From: Chrysomallon squamiferum
Lineage: Eukaryota > Animalia > Mollusca
Assembly (NCBI GenBank): GCA_012295275.1
Contig: CM022665.1
Span: 33,356,001 to 33,420,000 of the forward strand
Length of the DNA stretch: 64,000 nt
Reading direction: 5' to 3'
Part shown: positions 30,001-43,893 of the stretch, in pieces
Layout of the letters: each line of letters opens with the position of its first letter
How positions within the stretch are numbered: position 1 is the stretch's first letter
Notes under the pieces: model-generated
Seen by the model: the letters and a program-made list of their open reading frames with translations, nothing else
Databases searched by the model: none
Told to the model about the DNA's origin: nothing
Program-made: the position numbers and the translations under genes

Positions 30001-33000
30001 CTTCCAATTTTATTCCAGATCTGTACAGTTACTTGTCGATTAAGTGTGGAATATAGGATCCTGAAACAAAATATGTAAGTTTATTCTAATTATTCCATTT
30101 ATTCAGTACCAAGCTATTAGCTTATTTCCTGCAGTAATAAAACAGTTTCTGTTTCAACTACATAATGTTAATACCTTATGCTTTTTTCTTTCTTTTTTCA
30201 AATTGTTGTTTGTGGGAAAGAATATTTATGGAAATAAATTAATACTGCTTTTCAAAGGAAGTCTTTTTATTAAGTTTTCTTTGAAGTTAGGGAGAATCAT
30301 TAATTTCAGTAATCTTGATAGAAATTTAAATAATTGTAGATCACCTTAAATGATCATCATCTAAAGTGTCCAAGAAATCAGGCTGTATTACGGATTTCCG
30401 CTTTTTAACAGGCCATAAACAGAAGTTTGTTGCTATTGAAATCAAACTGGAAAGTGTGTTAAGTTGGTACACATTCCAGTCGGACACTGACTGCATATCC
30501 TCCATGAATATCTGACCACTGAAATCATCTTTCTTGATGTGAGCTGCAAAAAAAATTACATTACATAAATGATTACAAAATATATGGACAGAGTTTGAAA
30601 TGTGGTGAATGAGTGAGTGAGAGAGAGAGAAAGAAAAATCATCTTAAAATGAACAATTTTTCACATCTCATTACCTTCAATACATATAATGTCTGCAACT
30701 GTGGTAATGAAACTCTCAAAGGCATTCCACTTTTGAGTATCAGCCTTGTGTTTTACACCAATAGGGTAGACAATTTTAGGGCCTCCTTGAGCCGTAACAT
30801 GCTTTTTTGAGTTATGTTCTCCTGAGCAGACTAAATTTTTTATGTGTTTCATCATTAACTTGGCCAAAGAAATTGTCTTCAGTTTAGTTAAGATCTGAAT
30901 CACTTTTGCAGCCACTGAACGAACCTTTCTACAATAAAAAAAAATTTGAAAATACTTTTAAACAATTTAAAAATGAAACATTCCAGCAATATAAAATTCA
31001 ATTTCTAACAGTTAAAAGAAGAAAAACATCTATTTGAATGCTAAAATTCATTTTAACAGATCATGTTGTTTTTTAACTTACACTGAACTGATTACTGGTA
31101 ATTTTGTGATTAAAAAAATAATTATAATAAAAAAGTAAATAAAAATAAATAAGAATACAAATAATACTGATAAATTGCTGACAGTAAACAAGTGTAAAAA
31201 AAAAAAAAATAAATAAATAAATAAATAAAAAATCATGAAACCAATAACTTTGATATTATAATTTCGTAATACACCAAGAAAGCTGTGAATTAAATTAAAT
31301 AATTAACCAACAAATGTAAAGAATACAAAGTTAATTAAAATGACAAGTTCTTCTTTCTCTGTTTTAAATCAGCTGATTTATTTTCATCAAATACTGATTT
31401 ATAAAGCACATATAAATTTTATAATAAATAACTTTTATAAAAAAAAATACATACTTGCACTGTGAATCTTTAAGACACTGTAAAATACAAAGAATAAGTT
31501 CTTCATTTTTAATAACAGAGATGATCTCAGAGTTACTTTCAGCCAGACATCTGATCAAATTTAAGGCTTGTTGTTGCACACCACTGAAAAACAATGACAA
31601 CAAAAATTGTATCTCAGAACAGATGCTGGCAGAAAACCAATACAGTAAATGGTATACGAAAACAACAAATATTTTACTTTCATGAAATTATAAAAGTTTT
31701 AGGACACAATTTCTGTTTTAAAAAGATATGTTTTCTGCCAATAATGTAAGATATTTAACCCCAATTGATTTTTAATTCTGCTTTAAAAGTACAGAACACT
31801 AAGAAGAAAAATAAGGATGTATTTTAGGCATTAAACATGATCTGCCAGAAAATTATATGGAAAAAATGTATGGAAATATTAAATAATATTCTTACCATGG
31901 ACCTTCTCGAATCATGTTTGTTGTAAGTAAGAGGATATTTTTATCTACCATGTCTGGGTAAATAACATCAGTCTGATGATACAAGTTGATGACAATTGTC
32001 ATAAATACTTCCTGTTAAAATGATTTTAAAATATTATCATACTAATAATATTCACTTAAATTTAGATTGTTAATGTAATAACTGACACAATATAAATAAA
32101 TTATGGTTAAAAAAAACAATAACATATATATGTATGTGTGAGTGCATGTGTGTGTTTTTGCATATGTGTATGTGTGTTTGTTTTTATGTGTGCTATGATC
32201 TATTGATCAAAATGTGTGATCAACCAATTGCAATAAGCTATCAATTCATCATTTATGCAGTCATGAATTATGGTTTTGGGCCATCAATGCATCTATCATA
32301 TAAACCAAAGCATATCAAGGTATAAAATGTATCACTTATTTTACTTACTTCTTATTAATAAAAAACAATTTAATTAATTAAGTTCTCAAAATGAAATCAA
32401 ATATCTTTTCCAATACCCTCCCTGCAAAAATACTTTTAACAATAAAGGCTATATTCCAGTTGCACAGAGATTCCTCAATGATACAAAAGTGTGATCAATA
32501 GATGCCTGGATAAACAATGGATCAGTTGACAACATATAACTAACACAAACACACACACACACACACCCACCTAATATTGGTAATAAGAAAAAAGTAAAAG
32601 ACAATAATGTACCTTCATTTTTGCATTACAGTTTTGTAGTTCCTTCACAATGAAGAGTAGTTCCTGGCCCACAAGACTTGCAGTCACTGCATGTTTGGAC
32701 AATGTCCTTAAGATACAACAGCTTACATATTTTATATCTGCAGGGTGTTCACTGTACAGTATGCTCAACAAAATAGGCAGCAGAGTTTGTTCAACTTCAC
32801 TGCATAATAAGTCAGCCACTGGAGAATGAGCAATGAGCTAAATGAAAAAAGGGAAAATATAAATCTGATTAAGAGGCTCATTTGTACTTGTTGATAATAT
32901 ATGTCACAGTTCTTTGAATAATGTGACTTTTTGTGTGGAATAAAAGTTTTAGGATAAAAATTTGTCAATTTGCTTTTCTGATGTTAGAATTTAGTCATAA

Positions 33001-36000
33001 TCATTTAAAGAAATCAGATATTGTAAGAGTTTTATGAACTCGGCAATGTTTATATCTGTAGGTAATGGTGAAAATCCAATTGCTTGTTTATGGGTCATAA
33101 CATAAGGAAAATTCTAAAATCTTAATCATACCATTTGTCATTCCAAATTTATCCACTCTACTAATGGATAGAGACACTTTGATTAAGAGGGCAGAAGGGT
33201 TAATTTCCTTGCAATTTTATAGATAAAATTACAGTACTAATTTCTTCTTGCTTTTCCCAAATTTGTCTAATGCTGCAGTTACAACCCACCTGATCCTTTT
33301 GAACTGTATGCCCATGTTTATACTCTTTCCCATTATGGTCTTTACCTACATATTCTTTTTCAGTGGTTATGATATGAAGTTTCTAGTTGCCAACTTGCTA
33401 GTAATTAATAAAAGCAGCTCTTGGAGTAACAGATTAGTTATCTTTTTGTACATGAGTGAGACCTAATGACTGTTAACACTTAAATCAGCCAAGGTGTTTT
33501 TAATCTAATGTATGTCTCAAATATACATCTATTAAAATTAGTATGAATACTCCAAAATATTAAATATTACAATTTTTGTGCAATAATTCTGAGAAAAAAA
33601 ACCAAAACAAAAAAACAAAAAGAACTATTATAAGAATGGTAATAATAATAAATAAAAATGTTTTCAACTGTAATGAAATTATAAAATATACATGTTTAAT
33701 AACAACAATTATTACTTGGTCCACAGCTTTTAGAGCAGCAGTCTGGATCCTGACACTGTGTGGGGAAGACAGAACCGTCATCAAATCATTAAAAATTTCC
33801 ATCTGTTTCATTAGAAAAGCATTTTCTCTGTTTGTGAACAGTTGCCTTATGAACAAGAGTACAGCCTCTCTGCATTCTGGCTCTGATTTGCGCAGTAATA
33901 TTTGTATCTATAAAAAGGAAAACACTTAAAACAACCTCTATTTCAGGGTATATATCTAAACTGCCTAATTAACAATGACTGATCAGTACAAAAAGGCAGA
34001 ATAAATTTGTTAAAAATCCTTCATTAAAGCACTTTGTTAATTTCATTTTGATTTTCCAATGTTCTATTTCTAATTTTACCTTGTTCACTTGGTCCACTGT
34101 AATATCCTCCCTACAAGTGTAAAAATTCACAACTCGTAATACTGTTTTTATTTTAGAGGCACTGATGATGGCTTGCTTCTGGATCTTGGATATAATATTT
34201 AGCATATGATCTATGGAAATGCCTGAAAAATGTAATGCATTTCTTTATATCAAGTATTTTAGGTAGAATAAGTATACACAAGTTTTTATACTGTTTGAAG
34301 ATGCATATTTTTATTATTATTATTAGTGTATCAAAACATTATTTTTTCTTTTTTTTAAAAACATAAAATTTTTTGTTTGTTTGTTTTGTTTTTTATTAAT
34401 TTAAAAAACAGCATACATCAAATAAAAACAATGTTTGATCCCAATATATAACTGTTGCTAGCTGCACATATAAAACTAGTCCAAATATATGTACTTAAAC
34501 TTTTTGTGGTTTTATTTTATCTCTGTTAAATTTAACATAATATGAACTAAGTTTATAAACAAGTTACTTAGAGGTACATTGTATGAAAGTATCTTAATGA
34601 GGTTATGAATGAAGAAGAGGCGCAACCTTCAAAATAATTGCCCTGTTTGGATAAAACTCTATTATTCTGTCTAGTACTTTTTATATTGTCATCAATTTCA
34701 CAGTCTGTAGCTCTGAAACTATGTTTATTGCACAATTTTCTATTAAAAAATATTATAATAATAATTGTTTTTTTATTTATTTACTATGTATTTTAGATAT
34801 TTTTACATAAAATTAAATGTTGAGAAAATATATATACTTACAAAAATAATAAATTTTAAATAATTAACAAGTTTATGTTTTAAATTGGAAAAAATTCATA
34901 AGTATATTATAAAATTTTAAAATTTAATGACCAAATGTCAAGACAATTGTGTAGTCAGGATAATGAAATTTTCCCTCCCAAAGGGGTGATCAAAATAATA
35001 AGTTAATACAAAAATTGTCACAGCTCTTTGTCTTTATCAATTATAGACAAATATCACCTCATTTGGTGTCAAATATCTTTATTTTCATATTATAAAAAAC
35101 AGTTACGTATTTTGTACAAGTTTTACTGACAAGTTGTCAGTCTGGCATAATAATAAAATTTTCCACTTCAAAAGTCAACACAAAAAGTGAAAAGTTTATT
35201 TCATTCCTGAGATTTGGGTTATAGTGTTAGCACTGTATAATAGTGGTGTAGATATATCCTGTTGTTTTATAAAAATTCAATTTAAAAGACTGAGTTTTGT
35301 TTAGAGTATAAGTGCACTCATGTTCAGTCTCTTATTTTATCTTAATAATATGTTTAAAAAATTGAGATAAATATGGGTGCTTTGATATATTCACGACACT
35401 TTAAACAAATGCAAATACAAATATTTTGATAGGTTTTATGCAAAAAACATTTTATTGCATGTTAACTTGAGAATTCTATTTGATGTTTTAATGGGACATA
35501 AATGTATAGTAATCACATTTACTCCTTTAAAAGATTAATATTAATGATCAAATAAGTCTTTTCAGACTTCTCAATTTATATTATTAAATTGCTAAATATG
35601 AACAGTAGAAACATCATTATCATGATACCTGCTTCATCATTTTCAGAATCATTTTCATCAGAATCATAATTACTTTCTATCTGCTTCATTAAATTATCAT
35701 CAGGACTTAACTGCTTCCCACATTCACAAGTGATGTAGGTAAGAGAAAAGTTGAATTTAAGCTGGTATGTTTCCAATCTAGCAAGAACATTACCAATATT
35801 CTCATGTCGAAGGTTGCTGAAAGAAATAAAAAATATTAATAACACTGCACTAAAACATTTAATTAAAAAAATTCTATTTTTAGAAATTAATATAAAATGT
35901 GTGTCAAAAATTAAAACTGTAAAGATTTACAACTTTACACATATAGCAAATTATGTTACTGTTTATATACCTTCTGATCAGCTGATCTGTGAAGCAATTA

Positions 36001-36408
36001 CAATATAATGATTTATTTAAAAATGCTAAAATATTATGCAGAACTAAATATATACTGGTAGAAAATACTCTATTCTTTTATTTCATAGATTAAGTCCCTA
36101 CTTGGAATCATATATAGCTACTGACTAAAACTGACAAATAAACAGACAAAATTAGCCTAAGCTTAGAAATGTGAAACAGGAAAAAAAAAAAAAAAAAAAA
36201 GAAATAATAATAATAATAATTTTTAAAACATTTTAAAATATTCATTAATCATTTGTTTAGTTATCTCTCACTTGATATTATTATGACTGATATGTGATGT
36301 GGCAGGCACAATGAGAGGTTGTCCGGTGATTTCTAAATCAGGATATTCAACAGATTCTACTGTAAGACTTGGACTAAATACATTACATCTGTGTACATTC
36401 ATTTTCAT
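20200..36408 (-). CDS. Uncharacterised armadillo/HEAT-like repeat protein, ~1010 aa, 18 coding exons
   Basis: Phase-compatible exons 36408-36272, 35816-35629, 34222-34080, 33907-33716, 33462-33399 (GC donor, tentative), 32818-32613, 32011-31896, 31583-31455, 30928-30675, 30543-30345, 30060-29484, 28795-28695, 26271-26138, 24958-24753, 23662-23566, 22591-22436, 20598-20522, 20262-20200 (stop). ARM-like helices include ELGCIPKLIDFI, HHGGSNMLMAML, VQQQALNLIRCLAE and RIQTAALKAV. Confidence 0.75.
26560..27776. mobile_element. Sola2-like non-autonomous element with ~520-bp TIRs (copy 1)
   Basis: GGG..CCC termini (GGGTCATTCC..GGAATGACCC) and 4-bp TSD CATA. Arms ~26560-27083 and ~27263-27776. The spacer encodes a transposase remnant [31 protein letters not shown]. 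Confidence 0.88.
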
Positions 36409-36700
36409 TTCAATGGTACAGCAGAGATGAGTGCAGCAAAACACCTGAAATATCAATAAAATATTGCATAGATGTGTGAAAAGAATTAAAAATTGGGAAA
36501 ACAAATTATAAAAAGATTTCCCCAAATATTCTTAAACAGATTTTAACACCACCTATAATAAAAGATATTTTCACATCAAACTTCCCAATGGTTTTAAATC
36601 CCTCCTACTCAGCTTTTGTCGTAATTTGTATTTTTCTTTATTATCCAATAAGACAAATGTAATTAAAGTTCAGAAAGTTCCCTTTTTAATGATACCAAAT

Positions 36701-37086
36701 GTGTGGCATTATAGGATAACCAGTCACATGGTGAAAATTATCAAAACTCAGGTTTTGATGGAATAAAATAAACCACATTCTACAGATCAGTGATATGCTT
36801 GCATGGGGGTGTGATGTCAGAGATTTTAGATGAATCTTGACAAAATAAGTGGGTAGTTTTAGGACAATTTCATTAATTAAGATTTTAACAGATCACACAA
36901 AAACACAAAGAACATGTTTTATTGACTGATTTCAGCAAAACAAATGGATAGACATGAAAGTCAAGAGGTTTTAAAAACTATTTATGGTGAAACAAAATGT
37001 ATCTGTTGATGCATTAGACTGCATTAATAGCTGTAACTCAAAATTACATTGGGTGACATCTGACTGGTTATCCTATGCCGCCACAC
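36701..37086. mobile_element. Sola1-like MITE
   Basis: TIR GTGTGGC(att/ggc)ATAGGATAACCAGTCA at both ends, with a 4-bp TSD AAAT that fits the AWWT preference of Sola1. Confidence 0.72.
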
Positions 37087-38469
37087 AAATTTGTTCAGTA
37101 GACTGTATCCCAATCTTTGCAGATTTATTCAGTAGGTAACTAGGTTGTTCAGAATAATTTGTCTAAAGATGGATTCCACTGACGATTTCTGACAGGAGTG
37201 TGGTATTTCCTAAACCACTGATTTGATGCAAGAAATGATTGCCATTTCACATTTTATACCTGTAATGAACAATTTTGTAAATTTACATATAATCTGAGGG
37301 GGAAAGGCCAGAATTTTAAATAAGTTTAGGACTGACCTAAAATAAATTTTAATAAGTTTTATATGTATATATTACTGTGTGTGTGTCTGGAAGGGAGGGT
37401 TTAAAGGTTACAAAACTGTCTAACACATGCATAATCATTAATAATTTAACACTGTACAGTAATCTTTACACTCTTGTAATAACATTGCAATAGCCTATTA
37501 CATGATGAATTAATGCAGATAGATCAGAATTTTTTTATCTTGTCAAATTATTTTTGCTGACTATAATTAAAACAAAATATGTTTATTTATTACAGTGATA
37601 AAATTCCAATTTATAAAGATGTACAGAAAACAATATATGTGCAAATCCAGAAACATCCAATCCTGGATTAGTCTTTTTAGAATAAAAAAGGCGAATTTCA
37701 CAACTTTCTACCTGGCTCAAAATATTTAATGACACTGACAGAGAACCTGATGACTGTGACATGCCACAGTATCATAATAACATCTGAATACTCATTAGTA
37801 GATAGCAATTTTATAATTATTATAAATATTTTCTGAAAAAAATTAAAAAATCCAAATTGTGTTGAACATCATAAATGTTGACATTTAATGGTTAAATCTT
37901 CTACAGAATAGAATAGCATAATTAAAAATAAATAAAAAGTAAATAACTGGGAATGAAATTGAGAGCTCTTCTTTCATTAGCATTTACACATATTAGTTGT
38001 TGAGCATATTATTAATGTTACTGTTTTGAAATAATTTTTGAAAATAATTTGACAAATTATTTTGATCTTTTCAAAATTATTAATAGCCATGTTTTAATAC
38101 TGTTAAATATCTGTTTATTGGTGTAATGTATATATACATATATACATACAAAACTATATTTCAACAGATCTGTGCTGTGTCATGCCTCACTTATGTTAAC
38201 TTCATGATGATTTGAGATCCTGAAAGATATAATTATTGAGATTTGTTTTTGGTTACATTACAAGACATTTTAAATCCAGTCATCTTTAACCCTCTTGGAT
38301 AACTTAGCAACAGGCTTGACAAAGAAAGATGTATAATCACCAAATACATTTTTGAAGCTGACATGATAAATTAAAGCAAGTTATCTGCATTCATGTCTGG
38401 GTCTACAATGCCCACAGAACTAGACAAGATATGGTAAATACTCAGCACAATGCCACATGTATGTGGGTA

Positions 38470-38503
<34 letters not shown>

Positions 38504-38505
<2 letters not shown>

Positions 38506-39771
38506 GGATAAGGTGGGGTAAGTCTGGCCCCTAAGGTATGTTATGACTTACAGCCACTATACTGTAAGTAATGTAAGTAATCAGCCATTTACACATGGAG
38601 TATAGTGGCCATTAAAATAGTGAAAACAACAAGGTTGTAAAAAAAGTACATTTTGAGGTTTCAAAAGTATGTTATTTTTTTAGTCCTATAGACATAAGGT
38701 TAGTGATAACTTAAAACAGGTAAACATATAAACAATTATTAAGTTCAGAAGAAGAAACTTGATTAATATTGGGCAATTAGGAAAGGAATGTATTATTATT
38801 TTACTCCAATACTTGGGACAATTCTGGCCCTCAGGTATGGGGTAAATCTTGCCCCCATATGTGCTGGTGAAATCAATTGTTTTGGCATTGATACAGTCCA
38901 TTCTGAGTTTTATGTAAGTTTTTTAAAACATTTGAAAGTCCACGGTCCATCTGTTGGAGCATGTTCTCAAACTTCAAATAAAATCAAGAGAATGAGGTAT
39001 GCTGAGGCATTGACAGAAGAACAAAGTGTCAAGAGATATGGAGAAGAGTTGGCAGAGAAGAAGAAGGAGGAAGAAGAAAAGGCAGAGACAGCAAAGGTGA
39101 GAGAGGCAAAACAAACCCCCAAAAAACAAAAGACGATACCAAAGGCAAAACGGCAGTTCAATTTGAATGTTACAGCAGAACTGGGGGATGCAGTCAAAGA
39201 AAACATTGATGGTGATGAGTCTGAACTAGAAGACAGAGATGTAGTAGATTTGTAAAAAAAAAAATGTGAACTCTGTGGCAGAATTCAGATGATGGCATGA
39301 ATTCTGATGAGTTCATAGGATGTGATGGGTGCCCAAATTGATATTGTCTTGATCCTTGTGCAAACCTTGAAATCCCAGCTGGTGCTGACTTGAAAGATAT
39401 TGTATTCTTGTGTGATATTTGTTAAGGAGTTTAGTTTATTGAAGTTTTGAATCTGACTTATATTATGATTAGCAATTCACAATGATTACATAGCAATGAT
39501 CAGTACAACAAATTTGTGGACCAAAATACATCATAAATGTGGGGGCCAAATTTACCCCAAATCAATGGGGCAAATCTGGCCCCTGACAACAATTTTTAAC
39601 CATGGTTTGCATTTCAAAAGTTTAAACACTGTGCAGGTAGTGTTTGTGTATTTTAAAGCAGAAATAGATATACTACACATTATTCACTCCATTTTGTTGT
39701 TTCCTTTTGTCTGTGAAACTGTAGATGAGGTTGAATGGAAAAGGGGGCCAGAACTGCCCCACCTTACCCTG
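38504..39771 (+). mobile_element. pogo/Tigger-like deletion derivative with C-terminal coiled-coil and PHD-like remnant
   Basis: ~28-bp TIR (C/T)AGG(G/A)TAAGGTGGGG..TCTGGCCCC, TA on the right flank, and repeated GGGG..AAT..GCCCC subterminal motifs. An internal K/E-rich ORF (AEALTEEQ..KKKEEEEK) is followed by a decayed Cys motif (CELCG..GCDGC..C..FLCDIC). No DDE domain seen. Confidence 0.78.
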
Positions 39772-40442
39772 TATGTGTGTGTGTAAAACAAAGATTTACT
39801 GTAATTTTTCCCAGTGGTGTTTGTTTTGTGAAATTAACTAAGCCTGGTATCATACTGAAAAATTAGCAACAATATTATTTTCCTGATCAGTATCTTAATC
39901 AGATGCAATTGAAATTTGTTGTCAGAATTATTTAATTATGAAAATGCATTTTCTATATGTTGACTGAAGGGCGGTATTGTTTGTATAATGGTCTAGAAGA
40001 ATGTATTATCTTTTCAATTATTTATAATTTCACTGAACATTAAAAGAAAATAATAATCATCTATGGACAAAATAATTAATAATCTGACATACTTTTGCAT
40101 AATAATAATAATAATAAATAACATATATAACAGCACACTAAAGGTAAAACGATAGGTTGTTGTTATAGCATAATTACCTGACATTGTTATTAAATATTAC
40201 TTGAACAGTTGTCAACAAACATACGATTTGCAAATACATTCAGGTTGGGAGACTATTTCAACAAAATGTACATAGCAAAATACTCAGAATAAAATAAATA
40301 AGCATTATCATTATAATAAATTACAGCTTTATTAATAAAACAACTACGGTAGAATTTTTCTGCCAATACCATTCTATATTTAAAACAATACTGATCATTA
40401 AAAACAAAACATATTTTCAAAAAAATAAACGCTCCCTTTTCA

Positions 40443-40452
40443 AAGATGGCGG
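40443..40452 (+). promoter_or_regulatory. YY1-type motif AAGATGGCGG overlapping the PCNP start codon; probable bidirectional promoter region
   Basis: The motif is seen directly. A minus-strand donor (CAG|GTAATT) near 40178 suggests the ARM gene's first non-coding exon is within ~300 bp. Confidence 0.5.
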
Positions 40453-40635
40453 AGCAAAATGATACAGGTGAATTGAAATGAAATGAAATGAAATAGTTAC
40501 TAAAATAGTAATTATTAATAACGTAAAACAGTATGTTATGAAGTATGTTATTCTAACTGTCTATATATTTATCTATATTCATACCTACGATTCTGTCGAT
40601 TGATTATCGATACATAACTTTAAAAAATAATAAAA

Positions 40636-40695
<60 letters not shown>

Positions 40696-41890
40696 ATGAA
40701 ATAATAAAAAAATAAAACCTCAACAACAACCAAAAAGAAGAAGAAATAAAACACAAAAAACGAGACCTAAGTTACTAACTTAGTTAGTAAGTACAGTGCT
40801 GTTTCAAATATTTGCATGGCCACGTAATAGTATCCGTGCATTGACCTGCATGTGCTGTTTTACTTGCTTATTTAAATCCCAGATCGTGCGTTTTACAAAT
40901 TCGAAGAGAATGCTATTTACGATGACCACATATTTTTGTCTTTAATTTTATGTTATTTTATGTGCTCAATCAAAGCTCATTTTAACTGATAGCAAACTTG
41001 GATTTATGAACTGTCTTGAGTATACTTGGATTTATGAACCGTCTTGAGTAAACTTGGATTTATGAACTGTCTTCAGTATTATTTAGGTCCATATCAGATT
41101 CTTGTTGACAGAGGCTGTATTAGTGTGAGGACAAATACGGTTGAATGAAGTATAGAAAAATAAAAAACCACAAAGAAAAATAATATATATATGATTCATT
41201 TGACAAGTCACAGGGTTTGAATTTTACAATGCCAATGACAGCAAGTGACTTGGTTGCATTACTTGCCTAAAAATTTGGATGATGTTCACAGTAGTAAAAC
41301 CTCATGGCTGTGCTGCCTGATTTGCCTCTGTGCCCTTCCCATAAATTCTGTTCCTTCACTGACCATGTTCAGTGAAAACTTTGAAAAACAGACATATTTC
41401 TTGGTGTTTTGTTTTTAATGTTTTGCATACAACTTCCAACAACAGAACACAACTCCATGAGGCAGCATCATAGGCATGAATATTGTGTGTTCTAGAAATG
41501 CCACAATCATGAAGCTAAAATGTATTGTTTGTAATTAAAATAAGAGAGTTTAGTTACAATATGTTCTTTTGGTGCAAATCCAAATATTAAAAAATAAAAA
41601 AAAGTATTATTGCATTTAAAGGAACTTTATACACTAACCCCTGGTGTTAAGCACAAATTAAAAAAAAAAAAAAGTTTTAAAATTGTCAATTGTTGCAAAA
41701 ATGTTAAAATTTGAGTTGGTGCATCAAATATTTCAACTAATAGATAATACAGTTAACTGTCACTGTTAATTGTGATGAACAAATCCCTCTTCCTCCAGCC
41801 CTATTTTTTTAATCCTGTTTGTATGAAACAAAAGGTAATAAATAATGCCTGAGCTTTGGCACAACTTATTTATCCCAGTCCTTCTTTATT

Positions 41891-41927
<37 letters not shown>

Positions 41928-43188
41928 CTTTTGTTTTCTTACATTTCACAGTTGCTGATCAGTCAAAACCTTGTGACAAAGTGTTTCAAATTTCCAAGTA
42001 TTTCAAATTAACCAGGCACAAAACAGAAACATGATGACAAATCACACCATACTCCAAAGAAGAGAAAACTGCATGAAGACATCAGCCGAATACGAGATAT
42101 GCAAGCAGCAGAAAAGAAAAAGATCTCCATGGTGGTTGCATCTTCAAGAAATATGGACACTAAGTTGACCAAGAAACCAGTTGCTCCTGTCAAACTAGCA
42201 CTTACATATCATGTAAGATACTTACATCATATCCATTTCAAAAAGTACATTAACTTAGAAAAATAGCTAATCCATAACATAAACTGTAATAATAACAAAG
42301 AAAGAAAATGCATCACAGTAGGGCAATTTTTCTTTTCTTTTTTTCAAAGATTTTTAGTTGCCATTATTTATTTGTTTTCAGTTTTAAAAAAAAATGAAAT
42401 TTAAAAAGTTATAGCTATTTAATATCTGAATAATTTGTAATCATTTTGTTTTTCCTTCTATTTTCTTATTAGAAAATGTGTATGTTTAAATGGGTTTGGG
42501 TCTAAGTACCAAGTTAATATTTAGTAATTTAACTTTTCTGTGTATTTTAATGTATAATTATTTTTCTAGAAAAAAGATGCATTGGTTCCAGTAGTTAACA
42601 AGAGTTCTGCTGTTGCAGCTGCTTTTAATGAAGATGAAGAAGTAAGATATTTATTAGATTATTACTTTGTTGAAATCCAACTGTAATTCAATTAACAGGT
42701 AGAACCCAAAAGAAAATAATTTGGGATGACATTTGATCTAACTGGAAAAACACAATAAACTTTCTATATTACAGAGTGAAGAGGAGGAAATGCCAGCTGA
42801 AGCTAAAATGAGAATGAAAAATATTGGCAGGTATCTTTATTATCAAATTTATCATTTTCTTAAAATTAAAGATATTGGCAGTTATTATTTTTTTTATTAT
42901 TATGCTTATTTATTTTTAGTATTTATTTTAATTTGATGATATTAAGATATATTAATTTAGATGCATTTATTAATTTCGGGAAAAGTCTGAGAATTGTACC
43001 TGATTGGCATTCTTGTATAAATAAATTAATCAGTCTAATTACTATTTATTTTATTGATTTTAAGGGATACTCCTACTGCAGCTGGACCAAATTCATTTGG
43101 CAAAGGAAAACTTGGATTCTCTGATCGACAAAGTTTATATGTAAAAGAACTGAAAAAGGCTATGGACGATGTTTGTAGTGATTCATGA
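40446..43188 (+). CDS. PCNP: PEST proteolytic signal-containing nuclear protein
   Basis: Exons 40446-40467, 42016-42212, 42570-42641, 42775-42830 and 43065-43188 give 471 nt (156 aa). Contains the hallmark [50 protein letters not shown]. Confidence 0.95.
40995..41078. repeat. Minisatellite, 3 x 28 bp
   Basis: Unit AACTTGGATTTATGAACTGTCTTGAGTA repeated three times with 1-2 changes and no spacers. Confidence 0.92.
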
Positions 43189-43609
43189 ATTCATATGATA
43201 CTGTATACATGTTGCCTGTATAAAAGGTTACATTTTAAAAAACAAAATTTAATATGTTTGTTTGATCAACAAAATTAATTACTATGGAAATAATGAAGTA
43301 ACCGATAATAATCACGGTAAAGATGGATACAATTTGAAGAAAGAATTAATTTCAAAGAATACACAGCCACATGACAAGAAATAATGTATTGTTGTGTATT
43401 TTGGGAATTTCACCACTTTGAAAACTGAATGTAATTACGAAAACACCATTGGATACTATGATTTCATGACAAAATCATTTCACATTCTCTAAGGTATGCT
43501 CTGTGTCTCATATGCTGATTATGTGGATTATTTTTAAAGTTAGTCAGTTATTAAAGCTGAACACACCCAATTTACTTGATTGAATAACTAATTACATAAA
43601 TTCCATGAT

Positions 43610-43893
43610 CATGGCCATAATTACATGGAGGCAAATGAGGCTAAAGCCTCAAACTGAAACTGATGGGTTTTTTGTTGTTCTTAAAATTTTAAAATATAGA
43701 TGTCTATTTCAATAGAAATGATATCCACTGAATGAATTCGTTCATGTCTATGGTTACTGTTTGAAGTCTACCAACATCATTGCAGTGAAAGACTTGGGCA
43801 GCCCCCAGATCCCTACCCAAATTGTTTGCCCTGTACCGCTCAGTAATTAAAGTGTTATTGCCTCATTTCAAAAAGAGTCTAGTTATGGCCATG
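43610..43893. mobile_element. MITE (probably hAT-type) downstream of the PCNP stop codon
   Basis: TIR CATGGCCATAA(T/C)TA at both ends and subterminal GAGGC/GCCTC motifs. Only a 5-bp flanking match (ATGAT) is visible. Confidence 0.58.

Noticed and set aside
40995-41078. 28-bp repeats as a CRISPR array
   Set aside because: The repeats are contiguous with no unique spacers, there are no cas genes, and they sit in a eukaryotic intron.
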